From a virus (lineage: Duplodnaviria; Heunggongvirae; Uroviricota; Caudoviricetes), in IMG/VR virus record IMGVR_UViG_3300021963_000024: a stretch of 64,000 nucleotides of DNA; one strand, given 5' to 3'. Below, piece by piece: positions 37,684-47,438 of the stretch. Position numbers and translations under genes: made by a program. Every line of letters starts with the position of its first letter. The stretch's first letter is position 1. The notes beneath the pieces were generated by a model, which saw nothing but the letters and a program-made list of their open reading frames with translations, was not told where the DNA came from and ran no database searches.

Positions 37684-39089
37684 TATATTAAAGTTTGTTT
37701 TGCTAATGAATTTATTATATTTTTACAATCATCTTTATATGCTTCTTTGGAATAATCTAAAAATAATTGCTGATTGTGTTTAACAATATCTTTTACATTA
37801 AGTAAAAATTCATCCTTTTCTTCTTTTGATTTTTTAGTAAACTTTTCTATTTGTTCAAAAATCATTTCCAATCTTTTAAAATCATCGGTTTCTATATCAT
37901 AACTTTCATCAATGTATGGATGAAAGGTTTTATATCCTAAACTTTGTAAGTATTGTAAAGATTTAGCAGGACCGGCTAATATGAATGGTTGTGCGTGTCC
38001 TATTGGTTTCCAAATCTTTTCACTTAGATATCCTGTTGGAAATTCTACATATACATCTTCATCATCTCTAACTTGAAAAAATATAGATTCCGAAACTAAA
38101 CTGATATAAGAATTTAAATATATTGATTTATTTTCAAAACCATATCCTGCTATTTTAGTCAAATCCGATACATCTAAATTTTTAGAAACCGTTTTAACTA
38201 TTTCTGCCAATTCTAAATTTTCATCATGTTTTAAAAATTCAGTAATTACATCTTCGTGATAAAACTTTTTATCCCAAGATGTATTATTGTAAAATAGTTT
38301 TCCAAGTTTATGTAATTTTGAAAGTATAAGTAATCTATGCAACTTCCAATGTCTACATAAAAATAAAAAATCCTTTTTTTGATTTCCTATACTATTTTCA
38401 AATTCTTCAAATGTTAAAACACTATTTGCAGTATGTTCGGTTTGTCCAAATTGTGGTTCAAATGAATTATCACCCCAAAATTTAAAATCAGGATTATTAA
38501 TTATGTTATTAAACTCCTGTGATTTAGATAGTTGTGCTAAATTAAAATCAAATACATTGTAATTAACACCCATCTTTTTAAGATTTGATTGTAGTTTAAA
38601 ATCCTGAAATATCAGGTAAACCTTTTCATCGGGTATTTCGTTTTCTCTTGTAAAATCAACTAACTTTTTGAAATTCGATTTTGTAATTCCTAATCCACCA
38701 TCAATGATATAGTTAATTAATAAATTACCATTACCACTTTTGATTTCATTCAATGCTACTGATGAAATTTGTTTTAAACATAATTCATTAAAGGTAGGAT
38801 GGTTTCCAAAAAAACTTTCAATACTTCCAAACGGTTCTACCGGATAAAACCATTTTGTGTTTTTGTGATTATTTATAATTTCATATACTGATTTTTTATC
38901 AACATAGTTATTCCAAAAATTGGAATTATATAAATGCCAACCGATATTCCATCTATTTTGAAAATGCTCTCCTGAGAATGCATAATTAAAATCGGAAGCT
39001 TGATATATTGTATTCAAAAATTTTGGATGCAGACAATTTGGCATTTCACCATTGTAAGTCATAATATCATATCCAAATAATACTTTCAT
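37683..39089 (-). CDS. hypothetical 468-aa protein (partner of second radical SAM gene)
   Basis: Large ORF coupled (39089/39091) to the radical SAM paralog. No motif recognised. Confidence 0.45.
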   Translation of the reverse strand: MKVLFGYDIMTYNGEMPNCLHPKFLNTIYQASDFNYAFSGEHFQNRWNIGWHLYNSNFWNNYVDKKSVYEIINNHKNTKWFYPVEPFGSIESFFGNHPTFNELCLKQISSVALNEIKSGNGNLLINYIIDGGLGITKSNFKKLVDFTRENEIPDEKVYLIFQDFKLQSNLKKMGVNYNVFDFNLAQLSKSQEFNNIINNPDFKFWGDNSFEPQFGQTEHTANSVLTFEEFENSIGNQKKDFLFLCRHWKLHRLLILSKLHKLGKLFYNNTSWDKKFYHEDVITEFLKHDENLELAEIVKTVSKNLDVSDLTKIAGYGFENKSIYLNSYISLVSESIFFQVRDDEDVYVEFPTGYLSEKIWKPIGHAQPFILAGPAKSLQYLQSLGYKTFHPYIDESYDIETDDFKRLEMIFEQIEKFTKKSKEEKDEFLLNVKDIVKHNQQLFLDYSKEAYKDDCKNIINSLAKQTLI

Positions 39090-39090
39090 T

Positions 39091-40290
39091 TTAAATTAAA
39101 CTTTTTTGTATTTTAAATGGTTTTGTTTTTTCTTTTTCATCCTCAATAATCAAATCATTAAAATTATTATCAACATGTGGTAGTTGATGTATTCTTTTTA
39201 ACTCTTTCATAAAATCGGAAAACAATGGATGGTCTTTTTCAAATACACATAAATCTTTTAATTCTTCGGGTGTAAATGTTCCCCACTGCACCAATCTTCT
39301 ATAATTTATAACCAATACTTTTTTATGTTCGAACAAAGGTTTTAATAACTCCCAAAACATATACATTTCTTTGTAGTTATTTTTACTAACAGTCATAGAA
39401 AATACAACTCTTTCTACACTTTCTAATTTTGAAAGAAATAGTAAATTTTGTATAAGCGTTTCCCAAACTCCACCCAATCTAACTTTGGTTTCATATGTTA
39501 ATTTAGTTGCAGCATCTATACTTATTTCGATACACTTAACATATTGATGTATATTTGGCATGGTATCCCACATCTGCTTATTTAATAAAGAGCCATTCGT
39601 AACCAATTGTATTTCTCTTAACTTTGGATATTTTTTAGGGTCAAAATTTTGTAAATATTCTCTAAATATTTTTGAATAAAACGGGTCACCAGAACCTGTT
39701 ATTATAATTTTTCTTAAATTCCAAGAATATTGTTCATCTATTTTATCAATAATGATTTTTTTTCTTTTATATTCTATCGAATCAACATCATCATTTGGTA
39801 TTAAATGTGTTCTGCAAGATGGGCATTTGTAATTACAACTTCTATCAAATCCAAAAAGTATTTCCTCAGGTGTAATATCAAAGTTTTCAATATCTTCTAT
39901 CGAGCTGATATTTAATTCTTTCATCAGTTCTTCTTTCAATTGAAAGTTATATGGAATAACCTCTTTACCTTCAATTTGACTCTTACTTAATATTTGAGAT
40001 AAACACGGACAAACAACTTTATCACAAGACTCATATGAACCATCTAAAATATCCCTTCTAACTTTTTTGGCTTGTGGTGAAGTCCAATTTCTTAATAAAT
40101 CTTCATCTTCATCAACTGCAAACCAAGGATTTGGTTCACCTTCTTTATTAACTCTTAAATTAGTTTTATTCCAAAAAGGACAACAAACGAAATTACCAAG
40201 CGGTTGAACATCTATATATTTAAATGGAGAATTGCAGGCATACTTATTAAGTATTTCTTTTTCAAAATTGTTTTCCTTATTATCTATCAT
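39091..40290 (-). CDS. radical SAM enzyme with N-terminal Cys-rich domain (paralog 2)
   Basis: GFDRSCNYKCPSCR (CxxxCxxC) and ITGSGDPFYSK. N-terminal C-x14-CC...C-x4-CPCLSQ. Paralog of 11176-12240. Confidence 0.6.
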   Translation of the reverse strand: MIDNKENNFEKEILNKYACNSPFKYIDVQPLGNFVCCPFWNKTNLRVNKEGEPNPWFAVDEDEDLLRNWTSPQAKKVRRDILDGSYESCDKVVCPCLSQILSKSQIEGKEVIPYNFQLKEELMKELNISSIEDIENFDITPEEILFGFDRSCNYKCPSCRTHLIPNDDVDSIEYKRKKIIIDKIDEQYSWNLRKIIITGSGDPFYSKIFREYLQNFDPKKYPKLREIQLVTNGSLLNKQMWDTMPNIHQYVKCIEISIDAATKLTYETKVRLGGVWETLIQNLLFLSKLESVERVVFSMTVSKNNYKEMYMFWELLKPLFEHKKVLVINYRRLVQWGTFTPEELKDLCVFEKDHPLFSDFMKELKRIHQLPHVDNNFNDLIIEDEKEKTKPFKIQKSLI

Positions 40291-40613
40291 AAATCATCAA
40301 AGTTAAAATCTTTATTTGCCGAATAAACTATCTCACCATCCGACCCTATACTCATATTCAATGCACCTTTTTGCACTAAACTTTCAATTGTATCACCAAC
40401 CGAATCCGATAGAGTTTCTTGCATTATTTTTTCAACTTCTAAATCGGTCAAATGCATTTCAAATTCTTGTTCCCACTTTCTTTGCATTGCAATTTGCAAT
40501 TTTCTTTTAAGTGGTAATCGTTCAATAAAGGGATTACCTTCAAAGAACTGAGCTTCATCTAACAAATCAATCATCTCATTTGATAGTGTTATTATTTCAG
40601 GAAGTATATCCAT
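40287..40613 (-). CDS. hypothetical acidic protein
   Basis: 108 aa ORF. Confidence 0.35.
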   Translation of the reverse strand: MDILPEIITLSNEMIDLLDEAQFFEGNPFIERLPLKRKLQIAMQRKWEQEFEMHLTDLEVEKIMQETLSDSVGDTIESLVQKGALNMSIGSDGEIVYSANKDFNFDDL

Positions 40614-40878
40614 TTTCTCTTAGTGTTTGTTTAAAGTTTTCATCTTCCTCTTGTGGTGTTGGTAAATATGCTGATTTGTAATATTCATCATCATATTCCA
40701 TTCCATCAGGAAAGATTGAGCCACTATTGACTCCATTCCAATATTCCTCATTTAATTTTTCTTCTTTCAGATATTGTTCATAGATGTAATCTTCATCATG
40801 TTGAATATCATTTGGTAAGTTATTTTGTTGTTGCATATACCATTCTTTTGTTTTACTCATAACTATTCGTTTTGTCAA
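40597..40878 (-). CDS. hypothetical acidic protein
   Basis: 93 aa ORF. Confidence 0.35.
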   Translation of the reverse strand: MTKRIVMSKTKEWYMQQQNNLPNDIQHDEDYIYEQYLKEEKLNEEYWNGVNSGSIFPDGMEYDDEYYKSAYLPTPQEEDENFKQTLRENGYTS

Positions 40879-40896
40879 ATATACACAAAATATTCC

Positions 40897-41436
40897 TTAT
40901 TTCAAAATAATTTTTTCTACTTTCACTACACCATTTGAACGAGCAACTATTGTCATTGTATCACCTCTCATATTCCACATTGGTGCTATGACTGTATTGA
41001 TACTACCATCTGCGGAATTGTATGTTGCCGAATTGATTGTTGGTACCTGTGATTGTTTTAAGTTTACTACTTTGATACTATCTACAATTTGCCAACCTAA
41101 TCCTCTCCATGTCCTACGATAGATTGTTCCGATTGTATCACCAACTTTCAGTGTCCAATAATGTGAACTTTCCCATTCAACTTTCTCACGAGGTTCATTT
41201 GGTATTCGTCCGTTCACTCTAATAGATCCAGATATTGTATGTATGTTTTGTGTTTGTGTTGAATACAAATTGAATACTGAATATCCGTTTACATCCTTTG
41301 GTAATCGAGTATCAATATTCAATTCAATATTTTTACTAAATACATCTTTACTACAAGCTGAAAAGAATGTCATTATTATCAATCCCAATAAGTATAACAT
41401 CATTAAGATTGATTTTTCTGATATTTGTTTTTTCAT
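40897..41436 (-). CDS. lipoprotein
   Basis: Signal peptide with lipobox (LIIMTFFSAC). Confidence 0.45.
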   Translation of the reverse strand: MKKQISEKSILMMLYLLGLIIMTFFSACSKDVFSKNIELNIDTRLPKDVNGYSVFNLYSTQTQNIHTISGSIRVNGRIPNEPREKVEWESSHYWTLKVGDTIGTIYRRTWRGLGWQIVDSIKVVNLKQSQVPTINSATYNSADGSINTVIAPMWNMRGDTMTIVARSNGVVKVEKIILK

Positions 41437-41439
41437 AAA

Positions 41440-41781
41440 CTATGATGTTTGATAATATGTTTGTGTTTTTATTAAAACATTTCTAATTGCTACACAAAAG
41501 TCTGTTGGTAAATTAAAAGATTTCATATCGACTTCTATTTCGGTTGCCCTTTGTAATCCCATATTGAACATACGATATTTTCCATTTGGACCTTTTTCTT
41601 TGGTCAAAACTATATCATGCTCTTTATTGTAATCTACACCATTTCCTTGCTTTTCGATTTTGAAAAAATAATATACATGTCCAAGCTTTCGTAATGTATC
41701 ACTATAATCGCCGGCTTCTACTATTAATCTACCGTTAGCATACATATTAACAATTTTTCCTATGTTTTCTATTTTTAACAT
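41440..41781 (-). CDS. hypothetical protein
   Basis: 113 aa ORF. Confidence 0.4.
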   Translation of the reverse strand: MLKIENIGKIVNMYANGRLIVEAGDYSDTLRKLGHVYYFFKIEKQGNGVDYNKEHDIVLTKEKGPNGKYRMFNMGLQRATEIEVDMKSFNLPTDFCVAIRNVLIKTQTYYQTS

Positions 41782-41783
41782 AA

Positions 41784-42002
41784 CTAACGATATAAAGTTA
41801 CAAATTCTCCAAAATGTTTATCAAATACTTTGAGTAGGTTTTCATAATCACCACTCATCATTTCCTCTCTGATTTTCTTTTTATCCAAATCCAATTGCTT
41901 TGCTAAATTACCAGCAATTCCGATTAGATTAAATGCGTTACCATCCGGTCCGGTCAAATCTATTTCAACGGGACCTGTTTTCATTTTCTTATACTTTATC
42001 AT
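41784..42002 (-). CDS. hypothetical protein
   Basis: 72 aa ORF. Confidence 0.3.
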   Translation of the reverse strand: MIKYKKMKTGPVEIDLTGPDGNAFNLIGIAGNLAKQLDLDKKKIREEMMSGDYENLLKVFDKHFGEFVTLYR

Positions 42003-42589
42003 ACCTTTAATGATTTAATATGTTTACACTCTTTACCGCCTGTATATGTGAACGAAGGACAATCACACTCCCATGTTCCATTATCTTCAATTACATTATA
42101 CTTTACATTTGGGTCTTTTGATGAAACCACTTGATGTTTTTTCACTTTGGTTAATCCTTTCTCTTTTAATTTTCTTTCAATCAAAGAGTCAACTTGACTA
42201 TCCGATATCCAACCCGCTCTATTCTTTCTAAACTCCGAAAAGAAATATTGGTCATCAAATAATGCATCCAATACTTTTATGGATATATCCTCACCTTCAC
42301 TTACGGCTACATGATAAAGATTTTGGTCGGCATCCTTTACAAATTTACCGTCATCGGCGTAATCACCGGCAACAACAATGTTATCACCTGCCCAACTACC
42401 AACGATTTCGTTTTCACTATTAAGGTCACCACCACCTCTACCATTTCCGTCAGCAAGTAGAATTGCCAAACCTGCCAACACACCATTTGCTGACATACTA
42501 AATTCCATTAACTTTGCACCATCACCAAATGTATGTGGGGTGATATACTGCTTTTTCTTTACATTTACTATTTTGTAATACTGACCCAT
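41999..42589 (-). CDS. SWIM zinc-finger protein
   Basis: C-terminal WECDCPSFTYTGGKECKHIK (CxC...CxH). Confidence 0.45.
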   Translation of the reverse strand: MGQYYKIVNVKKKQYITPHTFGDGAKLMEFSMSANGVLAGLAILLADGNGRGGGDLNSENEIVGSWAGDNIVVAGDYADDGKFVKDADQNLYHVAVSEGEDISIKVLDALFDDQYFFSEFRKNRAGWISDSQVDSLIERKLKEKGLTKVKKHQVVSSKDPNVKYNVIEDNGTWECDCPSFTYTGGKECKHIKSLKV

Positions 42590-42591
42590 AA

Positions 42592-42951
42592 TTAAAATGT
42601 TTTAATTGTTCCCATAGCGATACCCAATGCTAATTCGTATCTACTATAAAATTTTACTTTATCTTTCACTTCGGCAAAACTGATTTTACAATCGTCACTT
42701 TCACCTTCATCATCACAACCCATAATCAATCCGTTACCTGCGAATGGTTGATGTGCTCCTTCAAATGTAAAGAATACATCCGTTCCATTCATTAACCCTT
42801 CATCATCTACAAAGATAGCATCTTCTTTATCTAAGTAAGATGCGACCGTAAAACATTCGCATTGAAGAAACTTATACATTTCATCAATACCTTTACCGAT
42901 TTCAACTTCTTTTACCTCTTTGTTGATAGAGTCAATTAAGATTGCTTTCAT
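42592..42951 (-). CDS. hypothetical protein
   Basis: 119 aa ORF. Confidence 0.4.
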   Translation of the reverse strand: MKAILIDSINKEVKEVEIGKGIDEMYKFLQCECFTVASYLDKEDAIFVDDEGLMNGTDVFFTFEGAHQPFAGNGLIMGCDDEGESDDCKISFAEVKDKVKFYSRYELALGIAMGTIKTF

Positions 42952-43095
42952 ATTACATTTGCTTTTGTGTAGTTACTAAAATTTTGTTTCCATTATCGGG
43001 AATGAGAATGGTGCCATCGACCTGAACGATTGAAGCACCATTTTTAATTTCATTCTCCAATAGTTCGATAAGTTCAACTATTGTAAATGTTTTCA

Positions 43096-43314
43096 TTATT
43101 TTTCTTTTTCGATTACTTGAATGTAATTTTTATTTTTATTACTCTTATCAATTGATATAGGATAATAACTTACATCTTCCAATTTAATTGAATGGACCAT
43201 AAATCCATTATCTAAGTTTTTTACTTTAATTGCTTTATCTGCTCGGTTATCCCAAATCAAACCATCAGCTGCAATTCGGTTTTCATCTAATCTTTTCATT
43301 GTGTTTTGTTCCAT
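43096..43314 (-). CDS. hypothetical protein
   Basis: 72 aa ORF. Confidence 0.3.
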   Translation of the reverse strand: MEQNTMKRLDENRIAADGLIWDNRADKAIKVKNLDNGFMVHSIKLEDVSYYPISIDKSNKNKNYIQVIEKEK

Positions 43315-43316
43315 AA

Positions 43317-43697
43317 TTAATCTATATTTGTTGTTAATAATTCACCTATTTCATAATACAATTCTGCGGTTGCTTCTCCACCATTTTCACCCGGTTCTAT
43401 ATATTCTTCTACATTCAATCCTTCCTGATAATCAAATGTTTCACCACACATATTGTCGTGGAAAGATTCAATCATTTCTTTCTTTGCATCTTCTAACGAG
43501 TCTGCTTCTACTTCGTGATACTCTCTTACCCAATCCGTTATCTTACGGTCAATATAAAACCGATAAGTTTTTTTGGGAACATGCTCCATATTTTCGTTAT
43601 GTTTCCCATCTCCATAAATTGCCATATAATTAATTTTTAAAAGTTCCGTATTCAATTTCTTTTTCAATGATTTGTTTGATATAATCCGAAAACTCAT
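43317..43697 (-). CDS. hypothetical protein
   Basis: 126 aa ORF. Confidence 0.35.
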   Translation of the reverse strand: MSFRIISNKSLKKKLNTELLKINYMAIYGDGKHNENMEHVPKKTYRFYIDRKITDWVREYHEVEADSLEDAKKEMIESFHDNMCGETFDYQEGLNVEEYIEPGENGGEATAELYYEIGELLTTNID

Positions 43698-43977
43698 CTT
43701 TTGTTTTTAGAAAATCTTTATTAAGATGTTTGTCTTGAAATATCCAATCACCAGCATCACCTGCACCCAATACACATTTTTTCATACTATAACAATTGTG
43801 TTCCCATTTTAATTCAAACAAAACACAATAATCACCCAAAATAGGTCCGTTACAAAATATCCAAATCCAATTTCTATCTTTATAGTTTTGCATATTGTCA
43901 AAATCAAAATAAAAAGAATGCCCTTCCATTTCGAAATCAGTTCTATCTATTTTTTCAAAGTTTATAGGTTTATTCAT
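43630..43977 (-). CDS. hypothetical protein
   Basis: 115 aa, overlaps the downstream ORF by 68 nt. Confidence 0.35.
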   Translation of the reverse strand: MNKPINFEKIDRTDFEMEGHSFYFDFDNMQNYKDRNWIWIFCNGPILGDYCVLFELKWEHNCYSMKKCVLGAGDAGDWIFQDKHLNKDFLKTKDEFSDYIKQIIEKEIEYGTFKN

Positions 43978-43982
43978 ATCAA

Positions 43983-44393
43983 TTAATTTTCATCTTCATC
44001 AAAAAAATCATCATCCACTTCACTATCATAAAAGAAACCCTGGTCTTCACAACTATCAGGTCCCATAGGTTCATATCGCCAACCATCGGCCATTTCGACT
44101 AGATTAGGATATAACACACCTTCCGTTCCTACACCCGACCCGTTACCTTTACTAAATGCTAAATCAATTCCCTTACCTCTTAATTCATCGGGATTGTCTG
44201 CCGTTAATCCATTCATTTCGGCAAGTAACTCATAGTAATCCTTACCACCAAAATCACCATAACCATCGTAACTATCTTCAGTCCAAACATTACCTTTATT
44301 ATCCATCATTTGAACTCTAAATGTATCTCTTGTTGACCATTTGTTAGCAATACTCTTATCAGTATCCTGCGTTCTCCAACTAAAAAATCCCAT
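43983..44393 (-). CDS. hypothetical acidic protein
   Basis: 136 aa ORF. Confidence 0.4.
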   Translation of the reverse strand: MGFFSWRTQDTDKSIANKWSTRDTFRVQMMDNKGNVWTEDSYDGYGDFGGKDYYELLAEMNGLTADNPDELRGKGIDLAFSKGNGSGVGTEGVLYPNLVEMADGWRYEPMGPDSCEDQGFFYDSEVDDDFFDEDEN

Positions 44394-44409
44394 AACTTTT
44401 GTTTTAATT

Positions 44410-44661
44410 TTATAAATGACAATTTGCGTTACACATTGTTAATATGAAAATGTTTTTACGGCAATCACTATCTGCTCTACTCAAAGCCAAATACAAATTG
44501 TTATCAACAACCGCTTGAACAAATCCACCACCTGCGTATGAACTTTTATCTCTGGTTGCCATAATAGAAACCATAATATCAATGATGTGTTCACTTACAT
44601 TTTCATTCCACTCTTTAACGAATTGAATAGCTCGTTCTCTATATTGTTCTCTTATATCCAT
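44410..44661 (-). CDS. hypothetical protein
   Basis: 83 aa ORF. Confidence 0.35.
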   Translation of the reverse strand: MDIREQYRERAIQFVKEWNENVSEHIIDIMVSIMATRDKSSYAGGGFVQAVVDNNLYLALSRADSDCRKNIFILTMCNANCHL

Positions 44662-44674
44662 AACTTATATTTTA

Positions 44675-44869
44675 TTATCTATTTTTTGTCGGTGTTCTAA
44701 TTCCTACCAAACTCTTTGGTGCATCTTTGAATAGATGTTTATTACTTAACATTTTGTTACATTCTGAACATTTGATTTTCTTTTTATCTAAATCACTATC
44801 CCAAACGAACTCTTTTGTTAATACACCACACTCACATTGATAAGTTCTTTGTTTAAATGTGTTTCCCAT
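44675..44869 (-). CDS. zinc-ribbon protein
   Basis: CECG...CSEC. Confidence 0.35.
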   Translation of the reverse strand: MGNTFKQRTYQCECGVLTKEFVWDSDLDKKKIKCSECNKMLSNKHLFKDAPKSLVGIRTPTKNR

Positions 44870-45200
44870 CCTTAATTTGTTTTATGTGTTTACAATCTTT
44901 ACCTCTACCAAAACCATGTGCTGGACAACTACAACTCCAAAATCCTTCATCATTTACTACTTTATACACATTGTCTTTACTTCCCTTAACTTTCCATTCT
45001 TTTTTCACTTTGACTTTTTGAAACTCTTTTGGTTTGTTGTATGTTATTTTATCCCACATACTTTCCAATTCATTCCAACTATACCATCTATTTACTTCAA
45101 TCCACCCACTACTTTCCTTACCACCAGTACATACGATATAAGTTTTGCCGGAAAGTGGTGATTCAAAACAAATTGGTGGATGTGTTGATTTAATTCTCAT
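44853..45200 (-). CDS. SWIM zinc-finger protein (paralog)
   Basis: FWSCSCPAHGFGRGKDCKHIK. Confidence 0.45.
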   Translation of the reverse strand: MRIKSTHPPICFESPLSGKTYIVCTGGKESSGWIEVNRWYSWNELESMWDKITYNKPKEFQKVKVKKEWKVKGSKDNVYKVVNDEGFWSCSCPAHGFGRGKDCKHIKQIKDGKHI

Positions 45201-45218
45201 AACTTATATTTTACATTA

Positions 45219-45530
45219 TTAATATTTACAGGCCTCCATTTGCATCTGTCTTATTCTTACTAATTGTTTACAAAACATTTGCAAATCTTTAATATAATCA
45301 ATTGGTAAATTCAATTCTACTTTTGAACAATGTAATGTATACCAATTTCGATCGTGGGGATTTTTATCTAATTCCATATGCCAATCACTACCATACATTC
45401 TAAATCCAAATCTATATTGTGAATCCTCTTCTCTTATAGATGCCGCCCAAACCTTTTCACCCAATGCATTGGTCATTGTATCCTGAAATTTATTTTTTAC
45501 TTCCGGTGAAAGATTAAATTTTAATTTCAT
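45219..45530 (-). CDS. hypothetical protein
   Basis: 103 aa ORF. Confidence 0.4.
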   Translation of the reverse strand: MKLKFNLSPEVKNKFQDTMTNALGEKVWAASIREEDSQYRFGFRMYGSDWHMELDKNPHDRNWYTLHCSKVELNLPIDYIKDLQMFCKQLVRIRQMQMEACKY

Positions 45531-45543
45531 AACTTATAATTTT

Positions 45544-46638
45544 TTATTCGTAACTATTTCTATCTATATTTGTTACAAAAGGAAAGCGAGGAATACCATC
45601 CGGCGTTAAATTGAAATACTTAACCGTTGCTTCCTTACCGATTAGTTTCTTTTTATTCTTTAACATCTCAGCTGTTTCTTCCCATGTTCCCTTTACATTT
45701 GATTTGAAAGGTTTTCCATCTGCGGTTTCAAATACCATATAACCGGCAGTTCCAGTTCTATTACCTTCACCCTCACAAATATCTTTAATGATATATTCTT
45801 CGTCCACAAATGATTTATGTTTCAATAAAGATTTGCTTCTCTTATTCTCATACTTGCTATCCAATCGTAACATCTGTCCTTCGTAACCTGCTTCTACATA
45901 CTCACCATATCGTTCCATCAGTATATCTTCACTTTTAACTATATGTGTTTTTACAACGATACATTGTTTTGGCAATCTTAATGAACATAATGTTGAATAT
46001 CTAACTCTAAATGTATCATCAACACTTGGTAAATCGTAAATGTGATAATCAATATTCTTTTTACTTTCTACTAAGTCCGTATCCGTTGGTTTTGTTTTCT
46101 TAACCAATGATACAATCTTATTGAAATCATTAGCGAACTTATCAGCGTACAACTCACCATCCAATATCAAATCAGGATTCTCATCAAATAGTGGTTTAAG
46201 TGAATCGTAAATATGTGGTGCTGAAATTATTGGTTTACCATTTCTACTCCACATACCATCTTTGTTTACGATACAACGAATACCATCCAATTTAGGTTGA
46301 CAGAAAATAGGATATTCAACTTTATCTTTGTAATCTTCCCACTTTGCCGCCAACATAGGTTCAAAGTATTGAGTTTTGTTGATGTGTTTGATATTCTCAA
46401 AGTAACCACGCTCTAACTTTAACTTTCGTTTAGCAATTGCTTCTAACATTGCTTGCTCCTTATCGGTAGTTTCATTCACTTTACCGATATTTTTACCATA
46501 CACTACCGTCCATTCGTTAGTCACTTTTTTACCATCCGTTTGACCCGATATAGTTCGGTATTTATTACCCATTACTTCAATTGTCCACTCTTGCACCTTA
46601 CCACCCTTTGTTGATTTGTATATCGTTTCTAATTTCAT
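45544..46638 (-). CDS. lig: ATP-dependent DNA ligase
   Basis: Motif I KLDGIRC, motif III LILDGELY, motif IV EGQMLR and motif V LLKHK. 364 aa. Confidence 0.85.
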   Translation of the reverse strand: MKLETIYKSTKGGKVQEWTIEVMGNKYRTISGQTDGKKVTNEWTVVYGKNIGKVNETTDKEQAMLEAIAKRKLKLERGYFENIKHINKTQYFEPMLAAKWEDYKDKVEYPIFCQPKLDGIRCIVNKDGMWSRNGKPIISAPHIYDSLKPLFDENPDLILDGELYADKFANDFNKIVSLVKKTKPTDTDLVESKKNIDYHIYDLPSVDDTFRVRYSTLCSLRLPKQCIVVKTHIVKSEDILMERYGEYVEAGYEGQMLRLDSKYENKRSKSLLKHKSFVDEEYIIKDICEGEGNRTGTAGYMVFETADGKPFKSNVKGTWEETAEMLKNKKKLIGKEATVKYFNLTPDGIPRFPFVTNIDRNSYE

Positions 46639-46655
46639 AACTTATTTTTTAATTA

Positions 46656-47045
46656 TTAAAATGGGCCTAAACCCGATGCTCTACCTCTAACTCTTACATG
46701 AATATCTTTATCAGCTTCACTCCAAATTTTAGATTGTAAGTCATCTAACTCACCCTCAACATACAACTCCTCACCATCAATGAATTTAGCAACACACCAT
46801 TTATCAGGTGTTAATCCATGAAGTTCTATATAACCACCTCTAATTTCTTTAATCATTGACACATTGATAAGTTGTGGTAGAAATTTACCACCATGCGATG
46901 ATACATTTAATTTTATAAACATAGGTTTTAATTTTAATAATTTGTAATATTGTTTTTTTGTTTTACTTTCTTCGGAGCTGTATGAGTTTGAACTTCTTAA
47001 TATTTGTTGTTGTATCAACCCTGCTCCCAATAATACTCCTATCAT
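46656..47045 (-). CDS. hypothetical protein
   Basis: 129 aa ORF. Confidence 0.4.
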   Translation of the reverse strand: MIGVLLGAGLIQQQILRSSNSYSSEESKTKKQYYKLLKLKPMFIKLNVSSHGGKFLPQLINVSMIKEIRGGYIELHGLTPDKWCVAKFIDGEELYVEGELDDLQSKIWSEADKDIHVRVRGRASGLGPF

Positions 47046-47057
47046 AGTGTTTTAATT

Positions 47058-47432
47058 TTACCACCAACTTGTGTAATAAACTTTGTAACCTTCACTTATT
47101 GCTTGCCTAGCATTTTTAATAAATTCCAAATCACCATCCACTTCATCACCATCGGATTGTCCAAAAAAGAAACCCGATGTTTGTGGTAGATTACCATTCT
47201 TAATATCTTCTTCTAACACATCTAAATCTTCATTATCTAATACCACACACGAACCATTGAACGAATCATCCTTGCCACCTTTCTCATAATAAAGACCTTC
47301 CATCCATCCGTGTAGGTTTGGGTGTTTACGCCAATAAGCTACTTCTTCTGTGTCTACATTCTTTGTTGAAAAATCAACTTCCATTTCTTGCAAATCTGCC
47401 TTCGTTTTAACGGCATACATATCTAATCCCAT
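47058..47432 (-). CDS. hypothetical protein
   Basis: 124 aa ORF. Confidence 0.4.
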   Translation of the reverse strand: MGLDMYAVKTKADLQEMEVDFSTKNVDTEEVAYWRKHPNLHGWMEGLYYEKGGKDDSFNGSCVVLDNEDLDVLEEDIKNGNLPQTSGFFFGQSDGDEVDGDLEFIKNARQAISEGYKVYYTSWW

Positions 47433-47438
47433 AGTTTA

